Shown: positions 1-11,301 of the stretch, piece by piece
Numbering within the stretch: the stretch's first letter is position 1
Layout: the number at the start of each line of letters is the position of its first letter
Source: Escherichia coli
GTDB lineage: Bacteria; Pseudomonadota; Gammaproteobacteria; Enterobacterales; Enterobacteriaceae
NCBI RefSeq assembly: GCF_003334315.1
Contig: NZ_QOWR01000008.1
Strand: one strand, 5' to 3'
Length of the DNA stretch: 64,000 nucleotides
Notes under the pieces: model-generated
The model's database searches: none
What the model was told of the DNA's origin: nothing
Seen by the model: only the letters and a program-made list of their open reading frames with translations
Made by a program: the position numbers and the translations under genes

Positions 1-87
1 GCGCTGGTGGTGGTGTTTCTCTGTGGTATTGCTGTGATTGGCGTGCAATTTTTGATTGCGGCAGGGTTGTTACCAGAAGTGGGGTGA
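1..87 (+). CDS. tyrP: C-terminal end of tyrosine-specific transport protein (partial; gene begins upstream of window)
   Basis: Frame +1 is open from base 1 and reads ALVVVFLCGIAVIGVQFLIAAGLLPEVG, with TGA at 85-87. The tail is hydrophobic and TM-like. It lies convergent with yecA, as in recalled K-12 synteny. Confidence 0.7.
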   Translation, partial: ALVVVFLCGIAVIGVQFLIAAGLLPEVG

Positions 88-148
88 TCAGATAGCCTCA
101 AATTCCTTATTGGGTGCCAGAATTAACGCTGACACCCAATTTGACTTC

Positions 149-814
149 TTAATGCAGGCAGCACTGCTTAAATTTCTTACCACTGCCGCACGGACAAGGA
201 TCGTTACGCCCCGGTTTCTCTTCTGCTTTGATCGGTTGCTGAACAGCTTTTTCCTGCGGATGCGCCATCCAGTATGCATGTAAATCAAGCGCCGCCAGTC
301 GAATGGCATCTACGCTCTCTTCAAACGCTTCTGGCGACATCTTCTCTACCCGCTCGAAGTTGTCCTCAGTACCGTGCAGCGCTATCGCCTCCAGCGCTGG
401 TTTTAACGAATCGGGCAATGTTGACCAGTCAGAAAGTGCCACGCCCCGCATATAGCCAAAGCACCACTCCTCAACAATCGTCAGCTCGCTGCCATCAACT
501 TCTCGCAAGCCGAATAGCGGCTCAAACTGCTCCGGGAATTCGTTCAGACGCTCTGCGGTATCGGCCATATGTTGAAAGGCCAGGTTCATAAAGCGTGTCA
601 TCTCTTTCTCAGACGCCCAGCGCGGCACATAGTCAGCCCCACCCCACACGGCAACCAGCCACTGTGCCGGTTCAATCTCTTGCGGAGAACTCAACACCGC
701 CGTCAATAAACCGTCCAGCTCCGCCACATCAAGGATGGCGTGGTCAGTGTTGTATTTGGTCAGAATATCGTCCAGCCATTCCAACTCACTTTCGTTTAAC
801 GGTCCCGTTTTCAT
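149..814 (-). CDS. yecA: SEC-C motif protein YecA
   Basis: 221-aa ORF with a C-terminal [17 protein letters not shown] metal-binding motif. Sequence recognised as E. coli YecA. Confidence 0.93.
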   Translation of the reverse strand: MKTGPLNESELEWLDDILTKYNTDHAILDVAELDGLLTAVLSSPQEIEPAQWLVAVWGGADYVPRWASEKEMTRFMNLAFQHMADTAERLNEFPEQFEPLFGLREVDGSELTIVEEWCFGYMRGVALSDWSTLPDSLKPALEAIALHGTEDNFERVEKMSPEAFEESVDAIRLAALDLHAYWMAHPQEKAVQQPIKAEEKPGRNDPCPCGSGKKFKQCCLH

Positions 815-942
815 ACGCTTTTCCTTGTGGATCTCAACTCGCCAGCACCTATCTTACATGCCGGTCCGTATCAGAGATACTTTTTGAGTGGCTTTGCCGG
901 TGATTAAAAATTAAGGAGGGTGTAACGACAAGTTGCAGGCAC

Positions 943-966
943 AAAAAAACCACCCGAAGGTGGTTT
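943..966 (-). terminator. Intrinsic terminator of the glyW-cysT-leuZ tRNA operon
   Basis: On the minus strand the stem ACCACC/GGTGGT has a 4-nt loop and is followed by a U-run (A-run 943-949 on the plus strand). It sits immediately 3' of leuZ. Confidence 0.8.
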
Positions 967-1009
967 CACGACACTGCTTATTGCTTTGATTTTATTCTTA
1001 TCTTTCCCA

Positions 1010-1096
1010 TGGTACCCGGAGCGGGACTTGAACCCGCACAGCGCGAACGCCGAGGGATTTTAAATCCCTTGTGTCTACCGATTCCACCATCCGGGC
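1010..1096 (-). tRNA. leuZ: tRNA-Leu (anticodon UAA)
   Basis: The reverse complement reads GCCCGGATGGTGGAATCGGTAGACACAAGGGATTTAAAATCCC...GGGTACCA: 87 nt, long variable arm, CCA end. Confidence 0.95.
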
Positions 1097-1108
1097 TCGG
1101 GAAGAAAG

Positions 1109-1182
1109 TGGAGGCGCGTTCCGGAGTCGAACCGGACTAGACGGATTTGCAATCCGCTACATAACCGCTTTGTTAACGCGCC
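1109..1182 (-). tRNA. cysT: tRNA-Cys (anticodon GCA)
   Basis: The reverse complement reads GGCGCGTTAACAAAGCGGTTATGTAGCGGATTGCAAATCCGTCTAGTCCGGTTCGACTCCGGAACGCGCCTCCA (74 nt). Confidence 0.95.
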
Positions 1183-1236
1183 AAATTCTTCAGGCCTTTC
1201 AGCCAGACATCCGCTTGAGGCCGATGTCTTTTAAAC

Positions 1237-1312
<76 letters not shown>

Positions 1313-1385
1313 ATTCATCAAGCAATCAGTTAATCACTTGATTTTATTATCGTCTGGCAATCAGTGCCGCCGTTCGATGCGTTGC

Positions 1386-1413
1386 ATTCTACTTACCTGG
1401 CGCGATGAGTCAA
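1386..1413 (-). promoter_or_regulatory. Candidate sigma70 promoter of the glyW-cysT-leuZ operon
   Basis: The minus strand reads TTGACT, a 16-bp spacer, then TAGAAT, followed by a GC-containing discriminator. It lies about 70 nt upstream of glyW. Confidence 0.5.
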
Positions 1414-1463
1414 CGATATTTTTCACCACTTTTGATCGTTTGCTGAAAATTGCACCAAAGCGA

Positions 1464-2012
1464 TCACTGATCAAGCAAATCTGCACGCGCAGCGCTCAAA
1501 TATTGCAACATTGACCACAGAGTCAGTACCGCAGCCACAAAGAAAAGTGCAATACCGGCGTACTCAACCCAAATGTTCGGACGCCACAGCAGCCAGGCCA
1601 ACGCCACCATCTGGGCCGTAGTTTTCACTTTCCCAATCCAGGAGACAGCCACGCTACTGCGTTTACCCAACTCCGCCATCCATTCGCGTAGCGCAGAAAT
1701 AATAATTTCACGGGCGATCATCGTTGCCGCCGGTAAGGTCACCCACCAGCTGTGATAATGCTCGGTTACCAGCACCATGGCGATAGCCACGAGAACTTTA
1801 TCTGCGACAGGGTCAAGGAAAGCACCAAACCGGGTACTCTGGTTCCAGCGGCGTGCCAGAAAACCATCGAACCAGTCAGTCACCGCCGCGACGCAGAAAA
1901 TGAGCGCGGCGGCAAACGGCGACCAGGTGACAGGCAGATAAAAGACCAATACAAAGAATGGGATAAGGATGACACGGAACAGTGTAAGCAACGTAGGGAT
2001 ATTAAATTGCAT
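1464..2012 (-). CDS. pgsA: Phosphatidylglycerophosphate synthase
   Basis: 182-aa ORF with the CDP-alcohol phosphatidyltransferase motif [24 protein letters not shown]. Recognised as PgsA. Confidence 0.95.
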
Positions 2013-2068
2013 AATGACGGGTAACTATCTGTTGTCAGTAAGATTACCCCTATGTTGCTACAGAGACA

Positions 2069-3901
2069 TCAATGTTTCAACGACCAGAAGATCTTTTCTG
2101 CCAGACCTTGCGAAATACCCGGCACTTTTGCAATTTCCTCGACGCTGGCGTTACGTAAACCTTGCAAACCGCCCATATATTTCAACAACATTTGCCGGCG
2201 TTTTGGCCCGACGCCTTCAATGGTTTCCAGGGAACTGGTATTTTTGACCTTCGCCCGTTTTTTACGGTGCCCGCCAATCGCGTGATCGTGTGATTCATCG
2301 CGAATATGCTGGATAACATGCAGCGCGGGAGAATCTGGCGGCAAACTGAATCCCTCACCTTCCGGCTCAAAGAACAGCGTTTCCAGCCCAGCCTTACGAT
2401 CTACTCCTTTGGCAACGCCAAGTAGCAGCGGATGATTTTTATCCCATGAGACATCCAGTTCGGCGAAGACATTTTTCGCCTGCGCAAGCTGGCCTTTGCC
2501 GCCGTCGATAAGTATCACATCCGGGATCTTACTGTCGTCGATGGCTTTACCATAACGCCGACGCAGCACCTGATTCATCGCCGCATAATCATCGCCCGGC
2601 GTGATGCCAGTAATGTTATAGCGCCGATACTCCGCACGCAGCGGGCCGTTAGCATCAAACACCACACAGGAAGCGACGGTTTGTTCACCCATGGTATGGC
2701 TGATGTCAAAGCACTCCATCCGCTTCACTTCCGGCAATTTCAACACACTGGCAAGTGCTGTAAGCCGCTGGTGAACGGTAGATTGCTGCGAAAGTTTGCT
2801 GGTTAAGGCCGTCGCCGCATTGGTGCGCGCGAGTTTCAGATAACGCGCCCGATCGCCGCGAGGTTTGGTTTGAACATTAATCTTGCGTCCCGCCAGTTCT
2901 GAAAGGGAATCGGCGAGCAGCGTTTTATCGCTAAGATTAAAATCGAGCAGGATCTCACCCGGTAAGGTGCGCATCTGGCTGCCTTGTAAATAGAACTGAC
3001 CTACGAAGGTTTCTACCACCTCGCTCAGTTCCGTACCGCCAGGCACTTTCGGGAAATAGCTGCGGCTGCCGAGCACTTTGCCCTGACGAATGAACAATAC
3101 GTGGACACAAGCCATGCCCGCATCGAACGCCACACCAATAACGTCGAGGTCGTCGCCGGTATTGGAAACGAATTGTTTTTCGGTGACGCGTCGCACCGCC
3201 TGAATTTGGTCGCGAATACGTGCCGCTTCTTCAAACTCCAGATTCTGGCTGGCAGTTTCCATACGACTAATGAGTTGCGTAAGCACCTGATCATCTTTGC
3301 CAGACAAAAACAGGCGCACATACTCGACCTGCTGAGCGTATTCTTCTTCACTCACCAGTCCTTCAACGCACGGTCCCAGACAGCGCCCTATCTGATATTG
3401 CAGACACGGACGCGAGCGATTGCGATAAACACTATTTTCGCACTGGCGAATGGGGAAAATCTTTTGCAGTAGCGCCAGTGTTTCACGTACGGCATAGCCA
3501 TTCGGGAACGGGCCGAAATATTCACCTTTGGCATGCTTCGCACCACGATGCATCGCCAGACGCGGGTGGGTATCGCCACTCAGGAAGATAAAAGGATAAG
3601 ATTTATCATCGCGTAGCAAAACGTTGTAACGCGGCTGATAGAGTTTGATGTAGTTGTGTTCCAGCAACAGCGCTTCGGTTTCTGTATGAGTAACCGTTAC
3701 ATCAATTTGCTGGATCTGGGCGACCAGCGCTTCGGTTTTGCGCGAAGCGAGGTTGCTACGGAAATAGCTGGAAAGCCGTTTTTTCAGGTCTTTCGCTTTG
3801 CCGACATAGATAACCGTACCACCAGCATCGTACATGCGATAAACGCCTGGCTGGCTGGTTACGGTTTTTAAAAACGCTTTTGCGTCAAACTGATCACTCA
3901 C
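2069..3901 (-). CDS. uvrC: Excinuclease ABC subunit C
   Basis: 610-aa ORF with a GIY-YIG N-terminus ([24 protein letters not shown]). The GTG start overlaps the uvrY stop (GTGA at 3898-3901). Confidence 0.96.
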   Translation of the reverse strand: MSDQFDAKAFLKTVTSQPGVYRMYDAGGTVIYVGKAKDLKKRLSSYFRSNLASRKTEALVAQIQQIDVTVTHTETEALLLEHNYIKLYQPRYNVLLRDDKSYPFIFLSGDTHPRLAMHRGAKHAKGEYFGPFPNGYAVRETLALLQKIFPIRQCENSVYRNRSRPCLQYQIGRCLGPCVEGLVSEEEYAQQVEYVRLFLSGKDDQVLTQLISRMETASQNLEFEEAARIRDQIQAVRRVTEKQFVSNTGDDLDVIGVAFDAGMACVHVLFIRQGKVLGSRSYFPKVPGGTELSEVVETFVGQFYLQGSQMRTLPGEILLDFNLSDKTLLADSLSELAGRKINVQTKPRGDRARYLKLARTNAATALTSKLSQQSTVHQRLTALASVLKLPEVKRMECFDISHTMGEQTVASCVVFDANGPLRAEYRRYNITGITPGDDYAAMNQVLRRRYGKAIDDSKIPDVILIDGGKGQLAQAKNVFAELDVSWDKNHPLLLGVAKGVDRKAGLETLFFEPEGEGFSLPPDSPALHVIQHIRDESHDHAIGGHRKKRAKVKNTSSLETIEGVGPKRRQMLLKYMGGLQGLRNASVEEIAKVPGISQGLAEKIFWSLKH

Positions 3902-4554
3902 TGACTTGATAATGTCTCCGCATTACACAGACCATGGCGAATTGCCAGGTGAGTCAGCTCAACATCGCCATGAATGTTTAGTTTACTGAACATACGATAG
4001 CGGTAGCTGTTCACCGTTTTCGGACTGAGATTGAGCTGTTCTGAGATCTCATTGACCTTCTGGCCCTTGGTGATCATCAGCATAATCTGCAATTCACGTT
4101 CAGACAAACTGGCAAATGGGCTTTCTGTTTTTTCTGGTTCGATCTGGCTTAACGCCATTTGTTGAGCGATGTCAGAAGCAATGTAACGCTGCCCTGAATA
4201 GACAGAACGAATCGCACTCACGACTTCCTGCGGAGCCGCGCCTTTGCTGAGGTAGCCCGCAGCACCGGCCTGCATGACTTTCGCTGGTAAAGGGTTTTCT
4301 GTATGGACGGTAAGCATGATGATTTTGACATCAGCTGTGGAACGCGCGATTTTACGCGTCGCCTCAAGACCGCCAATGCCCGGCATACTCATGTCCATTA
4401 GCACCACGTCAACGGCATTTGCCCGACACCACTTAACGGCGTCTTCACCGCACGATGCCTCACCGACGACTTTTATACCCTTTATATCTTCCAGAATGCG
4501 TCGTATCCCTGCGCGCACCAGTTCGTGGTCATCAACAAGTAGAACGTTGATCAA
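3898..4554 (-). CDS. uvrY: Response regulator of the BarA/UvrY two-component system
   Basis: 218-aa ORF with a receiver domain ([13 protein letters not shown]) and a FixJ/LuxR-type HTH ([34 protein letters not shown]). Confidence 0.95.
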   Translation of the reverse strand: MINVLLVDDHELVRAGIRRILEDIKGIKVVGEASCGEDAVKWCRANAVDVVLMDMSMPGIGGLEATRKIARSTADVKIIMLTVHTENPLPAKVMQAGAAGYLSKGAAPQEVVSAIRSVYSGQRYIASDIAQQMALSQIEPEKTESPFASLSERELQIMLMITKGQKVNEISEQLNLSPKTVNSYRYRMFSKLNIHGDVELTHLAIRHGLCNAETLSSQ

Positions 4555-5012
4555 AGGAATATCTCCAGAAATAGGGATAACGCTACTGATAGTTAGTCAT
4601 TCGTATATTAGCGGTTTTTATTGCAACTTTGAAACGTTAAAAATGGTGGGTATTCGATTTTTCTCTCGTTTTTGTCAATTCGATTGTCCACAGTTATGGT
4701 CACGCCCGTCACCAACGGCTTACCGGATCGTTTCACAGTAAGCCCGGCGATGAAATGTGACAAAAATTGACTTTATTCAGCAAAAATGAAAATCAGCCCG
4801 CTGAATATGTAACATTAATTAACCCAAACAATACGGGCAAAAAACATTCATGATAAAAATATTTATTGGTCATTATATTAACGTATTTTATAGCACTGTT
4901 GATATCACGCTCAAAAAACAACCACTGCTATTTTTAGCAAAGCTTATGGTATACTCCGCCGCCTTAACATTTTTCACCGCAAATTTTCATTGCAACATGA
5001 CGAGGAAAATAA

Positions 5013-5237
5013 ATGAGTACGCCTGATTTTTCTACTGCCGAGAATAATCAAGAACTGGCAAATGAAGTCTCCTGCCTGAAAGCGATGCTGACGCTGATGC
5101 TGCAGGCGATGGGACAAGCTGACGCGGGCCGCGTGATGTTAAAGATGGAAAAACAGCTTGCGCTGATCGAAGACGAAACCCAGGCTGCAGTATTTTCCAA
5201 AACGGTTAAGCAAATTAAACAAGCCTACCGTCAGTAA
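5013..5237 (+). CDS. yecF: Small protein YecF (DUF2594)
   Basis: 74-aa ORF preceded by a GAGGA SD. Sequence [23 protein letters not shown]... recognised as YecF. Confidence 0.85.
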
Positions 5238-5242
5238 TATAA

Positions 5243-5276
5243 AACCGGCTGAGAACGTGCCTTTCAGCCGGTTTTT
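5243..5276. terminator. Bidirectional intrinsic terminator between convergent yecF and sdiA
   Basis: 10-bp perfect stem AACCGGCTGA/TCAGCCGGTT, flanked by an A-run on the 5' side and a T-run on the 3' side. Confidence 0.75.
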
Positions 5277-5303
5277 GCATCTGACACGCAGAAAGAAAAG
5301 AGA

Positions 5304-6026
5304 TCAAATTAAGCCAGTAGCGGCCGCGTAACAGGCAACCTGGGTCTTATTCGGTGCATTGATTTTTTTCTGCATGTTTTTCTGATGGAAATTGACCGTA
5401 TTCTCAGAGATTGACAAAATCATCGCTATCTCTGCTGATGTCTTCCCTTCCGCCGTCCACCTCAGAATTTCTTTTTCGCGCTTGCTGAAATTCATCTCTG
5501 GCGTCATCACTATTTCATCATTTAAACGCATCAGAGCCATCAGACTTTCGCGCACCAGTAACTGCATTTTTAATTGCAGTTCATCACTAAGAATGGGTAT
5601 TTCGCGCGCGCTGCAACGGGAAAAGGACAAAAAGCCCAGCGCCCGGTTTGGCAGCATTAAATACTGAGTGACACCGCGGCGTAAACCATGTGCGCGCGCG
5701 GCTTCCCATAACGGCTGTGCTTCGTTGAATAAGTCATCATTCCACATTAGATGGCCCTGACTAAAGTTTTCAGGGTTCAGCACCGGATCAATTGCGAGAA
5801 AGTTTTTTGCCTGATAATAACTAACCCACGCCTCAGGGTAATTGGTGTAGAAAGCCACTTTAGGTCGCGTGAATGGTACCGGGTGGCGAACACATAACGA
5901 ATAGTAATCGTACTCCAGCTGCTGAGCCTGAAGCTCTATTTCATGGTAGACCTCTTCTGCGGCCTCCATCCTCTGAAAACGCAACAGCATCGTGCGACGC
6001 CAGCTGAAAAAATCCGTATCCTGCAT
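5304..6026 (-). CDS. sdiA: LuxR-family AHL-responsive regulator SdiA
   Basis: ATG at 6026 gives the 240-aa product MQDTDFFSWRR... (the ORF track extends 4 codons further). It has an autoinducer-binding N-domain and a LuxR HTH (EKEILRWTAEGKTSAEIAMILSISENTVNFH). Confidence 0.94.
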   Translation of the reverse strand: MQDTDFFSWRRTMLLRFQRMEAAEEVYHEIELQAQQLEYDYYSLCVRHPVPFTRPKVAFYTNYPEAWVSYYQAKNFLAIDPVLNPENFSQGHLMWNDDLFNEAQPLWEAARAHGLRRGVTQYLMLPNRALGFLSFSRCSAREIPILSDELQLKMQLLVRESLMALMRLNDEIVMTPEMNFSKREKEILRWTAEGKTSAEIAMILSISENTVNFHQKNMQKKINAPNKTQVACYAAATGLI

Positions 6027-6217
6027 AGTAAACCGCAACGCCCCTGAGAGTGAGTATCATTTATAATGATAATTCAAACTATCACATAAATAAGATTTAT
6101 ATATAATTTATATTATTCAGGCAATGAATTACTTTTGCAAGCCATCACATTCTCTTATGTTATTAATGAGTTATGCTGATTTGTTAAGCAGTTTTATCAC
6201 GCTTGAAATAGCGTCCC

Positions 6218-6251
6218 GCCCCGACAGGTGAATCGTCGGGGCTGATTTTTT
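6218..6251. terminator. Hairpin at the tcyN 3' end, with a T-run only on the plus strand
   Basis: Stem GCCCCGAC/GTCGGGGC (6218-6242) followed by TGATTTTTT on the plus strand. It lies 5-40 nt beyond the tcyN stop. Confidence 0.55.
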
Positions 6252-6255
6252 CTTA

Positions 6256-7008
6256 TTATTGCAGCAGAAACTTCTCGAGGAACTGGCGGGTGCGAGGCTG
6301 CTGGGGATCGGCAAATAACGCTTTTGCTGCCCCCTGCTCGACTATCCGCCCCTGGTCCATAAAAATCGCCCGGTCCGCAACATCCCGGGCAAAGCTCATT
6401 TCGTGCGTCACAATCACCATCGTGCGCTTTTCCTGCGCCAGCTGACGGATGGTATTCAGGACTTCGCCCACCAGCTCTGGATCCAGCGCTGACGTTGGCT
6501 CGTCAAACAAAATCACCTCAGGACGCATTGCCAGCGCACGCGCAATCGCAACACGCTGCTGTTGACCGCCAGACAAACGACGTGGATAGCTGGTTTCTTT
6601 ACCGGCCAGCCCAACTTTCGCCAGTAGCTCGCGAGCGCGCGCCGTGGCCTCTTCTTTCGGTTCGCCTTTGACGATCACCGGCCCTTCAATAATGTTCTCC
6701 AGCACCGTACGATGCGGAAACAAATTAAAGTTCTGGAAGACAAACCCGACGTGCTGACGCAACTGGCGAATCAGCGATTTTTGCTGACTTAATGAACGTG
6801 CAGTATCAATAGTGATATCGCCAACGGTGATCGTTCCCGCTTCGGGTTGTTCCAGCAGATTTATGCTGCGTAGCAACGTGGTTTTGCCGGAACCACTCGG
6901 ACCGATAATTGCCACCACTTCGCCAGGCTTTACCTCGAGGTCGATACCGTGCAGCACCGTCTGACCGTGGAATTTTTTCACCAGGTTCTTAACTTCAATG
7001 GCACTCAT
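6256..7008 (-). CDS. tcyN: Cystine ABC transporter ATP-binding protein
   Basis: 250-aa ORF with Walker A GPSGSGKTT, signature LSGGQQQRV and Walker B ILFDEPTSALD. Recognised as YecC/TcyN. Confidence 0.93.
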   Translation of the reverse strand: MSAIEVKNLVKKFHGQTVLHGIDLEVKPGEVVAIIGPSGSGKTTLLRSINLLEQPEAGTITVGDITIDTARSLSQQKSLIRQLRQHVGFVFQNFNLFPHRTVLENIIEGPVIVKGEPKEEATARARELLAKVGLAGKETSYPRRLSGGQQQRVAIARALAMRPEVILFDEPTSALDPELVGEVLNTIRQLAQEKRTMVIVTHEMSFARDVADRAIFMDQGRIVEQGAAKALFADPQQPRTRQFLEKFLLQ

Positions 7009-7673
7009 TTTGGTTCTCTCTCCTGGCGATTAAGTTGATTCTCAAAATGGTTCTGCAACGTCGATAACACAGTCGCCATGATCCAGTAGATGAGCGAAGC
7101 CGCCAGATACATGGTGAACACCTCCAGCGTACGCGAGGTAATCAACTGCGCCTGACGGAACAGCTCCGGCACCTGGATTGTCGCGGCCAGCGACGTATCT
7201 TTTACCAGGCTGATAAAGCTGTTCGACAGCGGCGGCAACGCCACACGCGCCGCCTGTGGCAAAATCGCGCGACGCATGGTCTGCCACGGCGTCATACCAA
7301 TACTGGCTGCCGCTTCCCACTGACCTTTATCAATAGAAGAAATGGCGGCGCGCAGCGTTTCGGCAGCATAGGCGGCAGTGTTCAACGACAGACCAATCAT
7401 TGCTGACGGAATGGGATCTAATTCGATACCAAACTGCGGCAGGCCGTAATAGATCATAAACAGTTGTGCGATGAGCGGCGTACCACGAAAAATAGAGATA
7501 TAAAAACGCGCCAGCCAGCGCACGGGCCAGATTGGCGACAGGCGCATCAGCGCGAGAATAAACCCGAGCAGTAAGCCAAAAAACATGCCGCCGATACTGA
7601 GTTGCAGCGTATACCCAGCACCTTTCAGCAGGAACGGCAAGGAATCAATAACCAGTTGTATACTTTCTTGCAT
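7005..7673 (-). CDS. tcyL: Cystine ABC transporter permease
   Basis: 222-aa polytopic membrane ORF of the polar amino-acid permease family. It overlaps tcyN by 4 nt. Recognised as YecS/TcyL. Confidence 0.92.
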   Translation of the reverse strand: MQESIQLVIDSLPFLLKGAGYTLQLSIGGMFFGLLLGFILALMRLSPIWPVRWLARFYISIFRGTPLIAQLFMIYYGLPQFGIELDPIPSAMIGLSLNTAAYAAETLRAAISSIDKGQWEAAASIGMTPWQTMRRAILPQAARVALPPLSNSFISLVKDTSLAATIQVPELFRQAQLITSRTLEVFTMYLAASLIYWIMATVLSTLQNHFENQLNRQEREPK

Positions 7674-7687
7674 GAGCGTTTCCGGAG

Positions 7688-9579
<1,892 letters not shown>

Positions 9580-9666
9580 ATTCACCCCGAATGTTGTTAT
9601 GTCTGTTTGCAGTGTAGAGCCATTGTTTGTAAACACAAAAACAACTCCGCTACATCTTATTCTTAT

Positions 9667-10218
9667 TTAATATATATCAGAAGCAGGCAGGCTGGAGGAT
9701 TTCTGCACAAGTCCGGTACAGGTTTGGCGCTGATAGTGTTGATACTTCCGTAACGCGATGCGGTAATTGTTGGTGCTGGTGGTGGGCAGCCACGGGGCGA
9801 GGATTTCATCAAGGAAACCGTCCTGCAGCTGATCGAGGGAAATATTTTGCTCGTGTAGATGATTCCCCAAACGGCGCAGACGAACGACATATTCACGCAC
9901 CGTACCTGGGCTCATTTCAGTTTGCTCAAAAAGAAATTGCTTAAAGCCGATAATATCGAAAAAATCACTCTGCGTTTTGCAATGTAAATCACCGCAAAAT
10001 CGGCACAATGCCGCCCATGATTTTTGTTCCGTTTGCCAGCCCTTTTCATCAAGCAGCGTGTCCAGGCGGGAAATCTCGATTTTATTCACTATTTTGCCGT
10101 CGCGAACGAGGGTAATGCGATCGAGTAATTTACGGCAATGCGCGCAATGGGTCTGGCTGTGTTTAAAGTCTTTAAGATAGCGGCTTAATGGCCGTCTTTT
10201 CAGGTGCTGCACCATCAT
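9667..10218 (-). CDS. fliZ: Flagellar regulatory protein FliZ
   Basis: ATG at 10218 gives 183 aa (MMVQHLKRRPLSRYLKDFKHSQTHCAHCRK...). Recognised as FliZ. Confidence 0.92.
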   Translation of the reverse strand: MMVQHLKRRPLSRYLKDFKHSQTHCAHCRKLLDRITLVRDGKIVNKIEISRLDTLLDEKGWQTEQKSWAALCRFCGDLHCKTQSDFFDIIGFKQFLFEQTEMSPGTVREYVVRLRRLGNHLHEQNISLDQLQDGFLDEILAPWLPTTSTNNYRIALRKYQHYQRQTCTGLVQKSSSLPASDIY

Positions 10219-10263
10219 TAAGAACTCCTGGTAGTCAAAGTTAAAGTGCGGCATTTACTGACG

Positions 10264-10983
10264 TTATAACTTACCCAGTTTAGTGCGTAACCGTTTAATA
10301 GCCTGGCTGTGTAACTGACTGACCCGCGATTCCCCGACCTCCAGCACTGCACCAATCTCTTTGAGATTCAGCTCTTCCTGGTAATAGAGGGTTAATACCA
10401 GTTTTTCGCGCTCCGGCAACGTTTCGATGGCTTCCATCACCCGCTGGCGCAGATTATTGTCCAGCAGTTGTTGTAGCGGGTTTTCTCGCTGATGATCATC
10501 AGTAACCAGTTCGATGCTATCGCCGTGCTCTTCGCGCCACTCATCGTAGGAGAAGAGCTGGCTGTTATTGGTGTCGAGCAACATTTGGCGATAATCGGCA
10601 ATATCGATCCCTAAACGTTCCGCTACCTCAGTTTCCGTGGCGTTGCGGCCAAGTTCCTGCTCCAGTTGCCCTATTGCCTGTGCCACTTCACGCGCGTTGC
10701 GTCGCACGCTGCGCGGCACCCAGTCACGGCTGCGAAGTTCATCCAGCATAGCGCCACGGATACGCTGCACTGCGTAAGTTGTAAATGCCGTTCCTTGTAG
10801 GGCGTCATAGCGTTCGACGGCATTAAGTAACCCAATGCCGCCCGCCTGTAGCAGATCGTCAAGTTCCACGCTCGCGGGCAGTCGAACCTGCAGGCGCAAT
10901 GCTTCGTGACGCACCAGCGGGACATAACGCTGCCACAGCGAGTGTTTATCCATTACACCTTCAGCGGTATAGAGTGAATTCAC
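10264..10983 (-). CDS. fliA: Flagellar sigma factor sigma28
   Basis: 239-aa ORF with a GTG start and sigma70-family regions 2-4. Recognised as FliA. Confidence 0.95.
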   Translation of the reverse strand: MNSLYTAEGVMDKHSLWQRYVPLVRHEALRLQVRLPASVELDDLLQAGGIGLLNAVERYDALQGTAFTTYAVQRIRGAMLDELRSRDWVPRSVRRNAREVAQAIGQLEQELGRNATETEVAERLGIDIADYRQMLLDTNNSQLFSYDEWREEHGDSIELVTDDHQRENPLQQLLDNNLRQRVMEAIETLPEREKLVLTLYYQEELNLKEIGAVLEVGESRVSQLHSQAIKRLRTKLGKL

Positions 10984-11008
10984 GATAAACAGCCCTGCGT
11001 TATATGAG

Positions 11009-11016
11009 TTATCGGC
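11009..11016 (-). promoter_or_regulatory. Sigma28-type -10 element (GCCGATAA) upstream of fliA
   Basis: Exact GCCGATAA on the minus strand, 26 nt upstream of the fliA GTG. The corresponding -35 region is a poor match. Confidence 0.5.
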
Positions 11017-11104
11017 ATGATTATCCGTTTCTGCAGGGTTTTTAATCGGACGATTAGTGGGTGAAATGAGGGGTTATTTGGGGGTTACCGGTAAATTGCG
11101 GGCA

Positions 11105-11128
11105 GAAAAAACCCCGCCGTTGGCGGGG
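11105..11128 (-). terminator. Intrinsic terminator at the end of the fliC 3' UTR
   Basis: The minus strand has stem CCCCGCC/GGCGGGG followed by a U-run (A-run 11105-11111 on the plus strand). Confidence 0.75.
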
Positions 11129-11158
11129 AAGCACGTTGCTGACAAATTACCATTCATG

Positions 11159-11260
11159 TTGCCGGATGCGGCGTAACGCCTTATCCGGCCTACAAAAATC
11201 TGCAAATTCAATAAATTGCAATTCACCTTGTAGGCCTGATAAGCACAGCGCACCAGGCAA
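11159..11260. repeat. REP pair (BIME) in the fliC 3' UTR
   Basis: GCCGGATGCGGCGTAACGCCTTATCCGGCCTAC and the inverted copy GTAGGCCTGATAAGCACAGCGCACCAGGC match the E. coli REP consensus. Confidence 0.85.
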
Positions 11261-11301
11261 TTTGGCGTTGCCGTCAGTCTCAGTTAATCAGGTTACGACG
11301 A

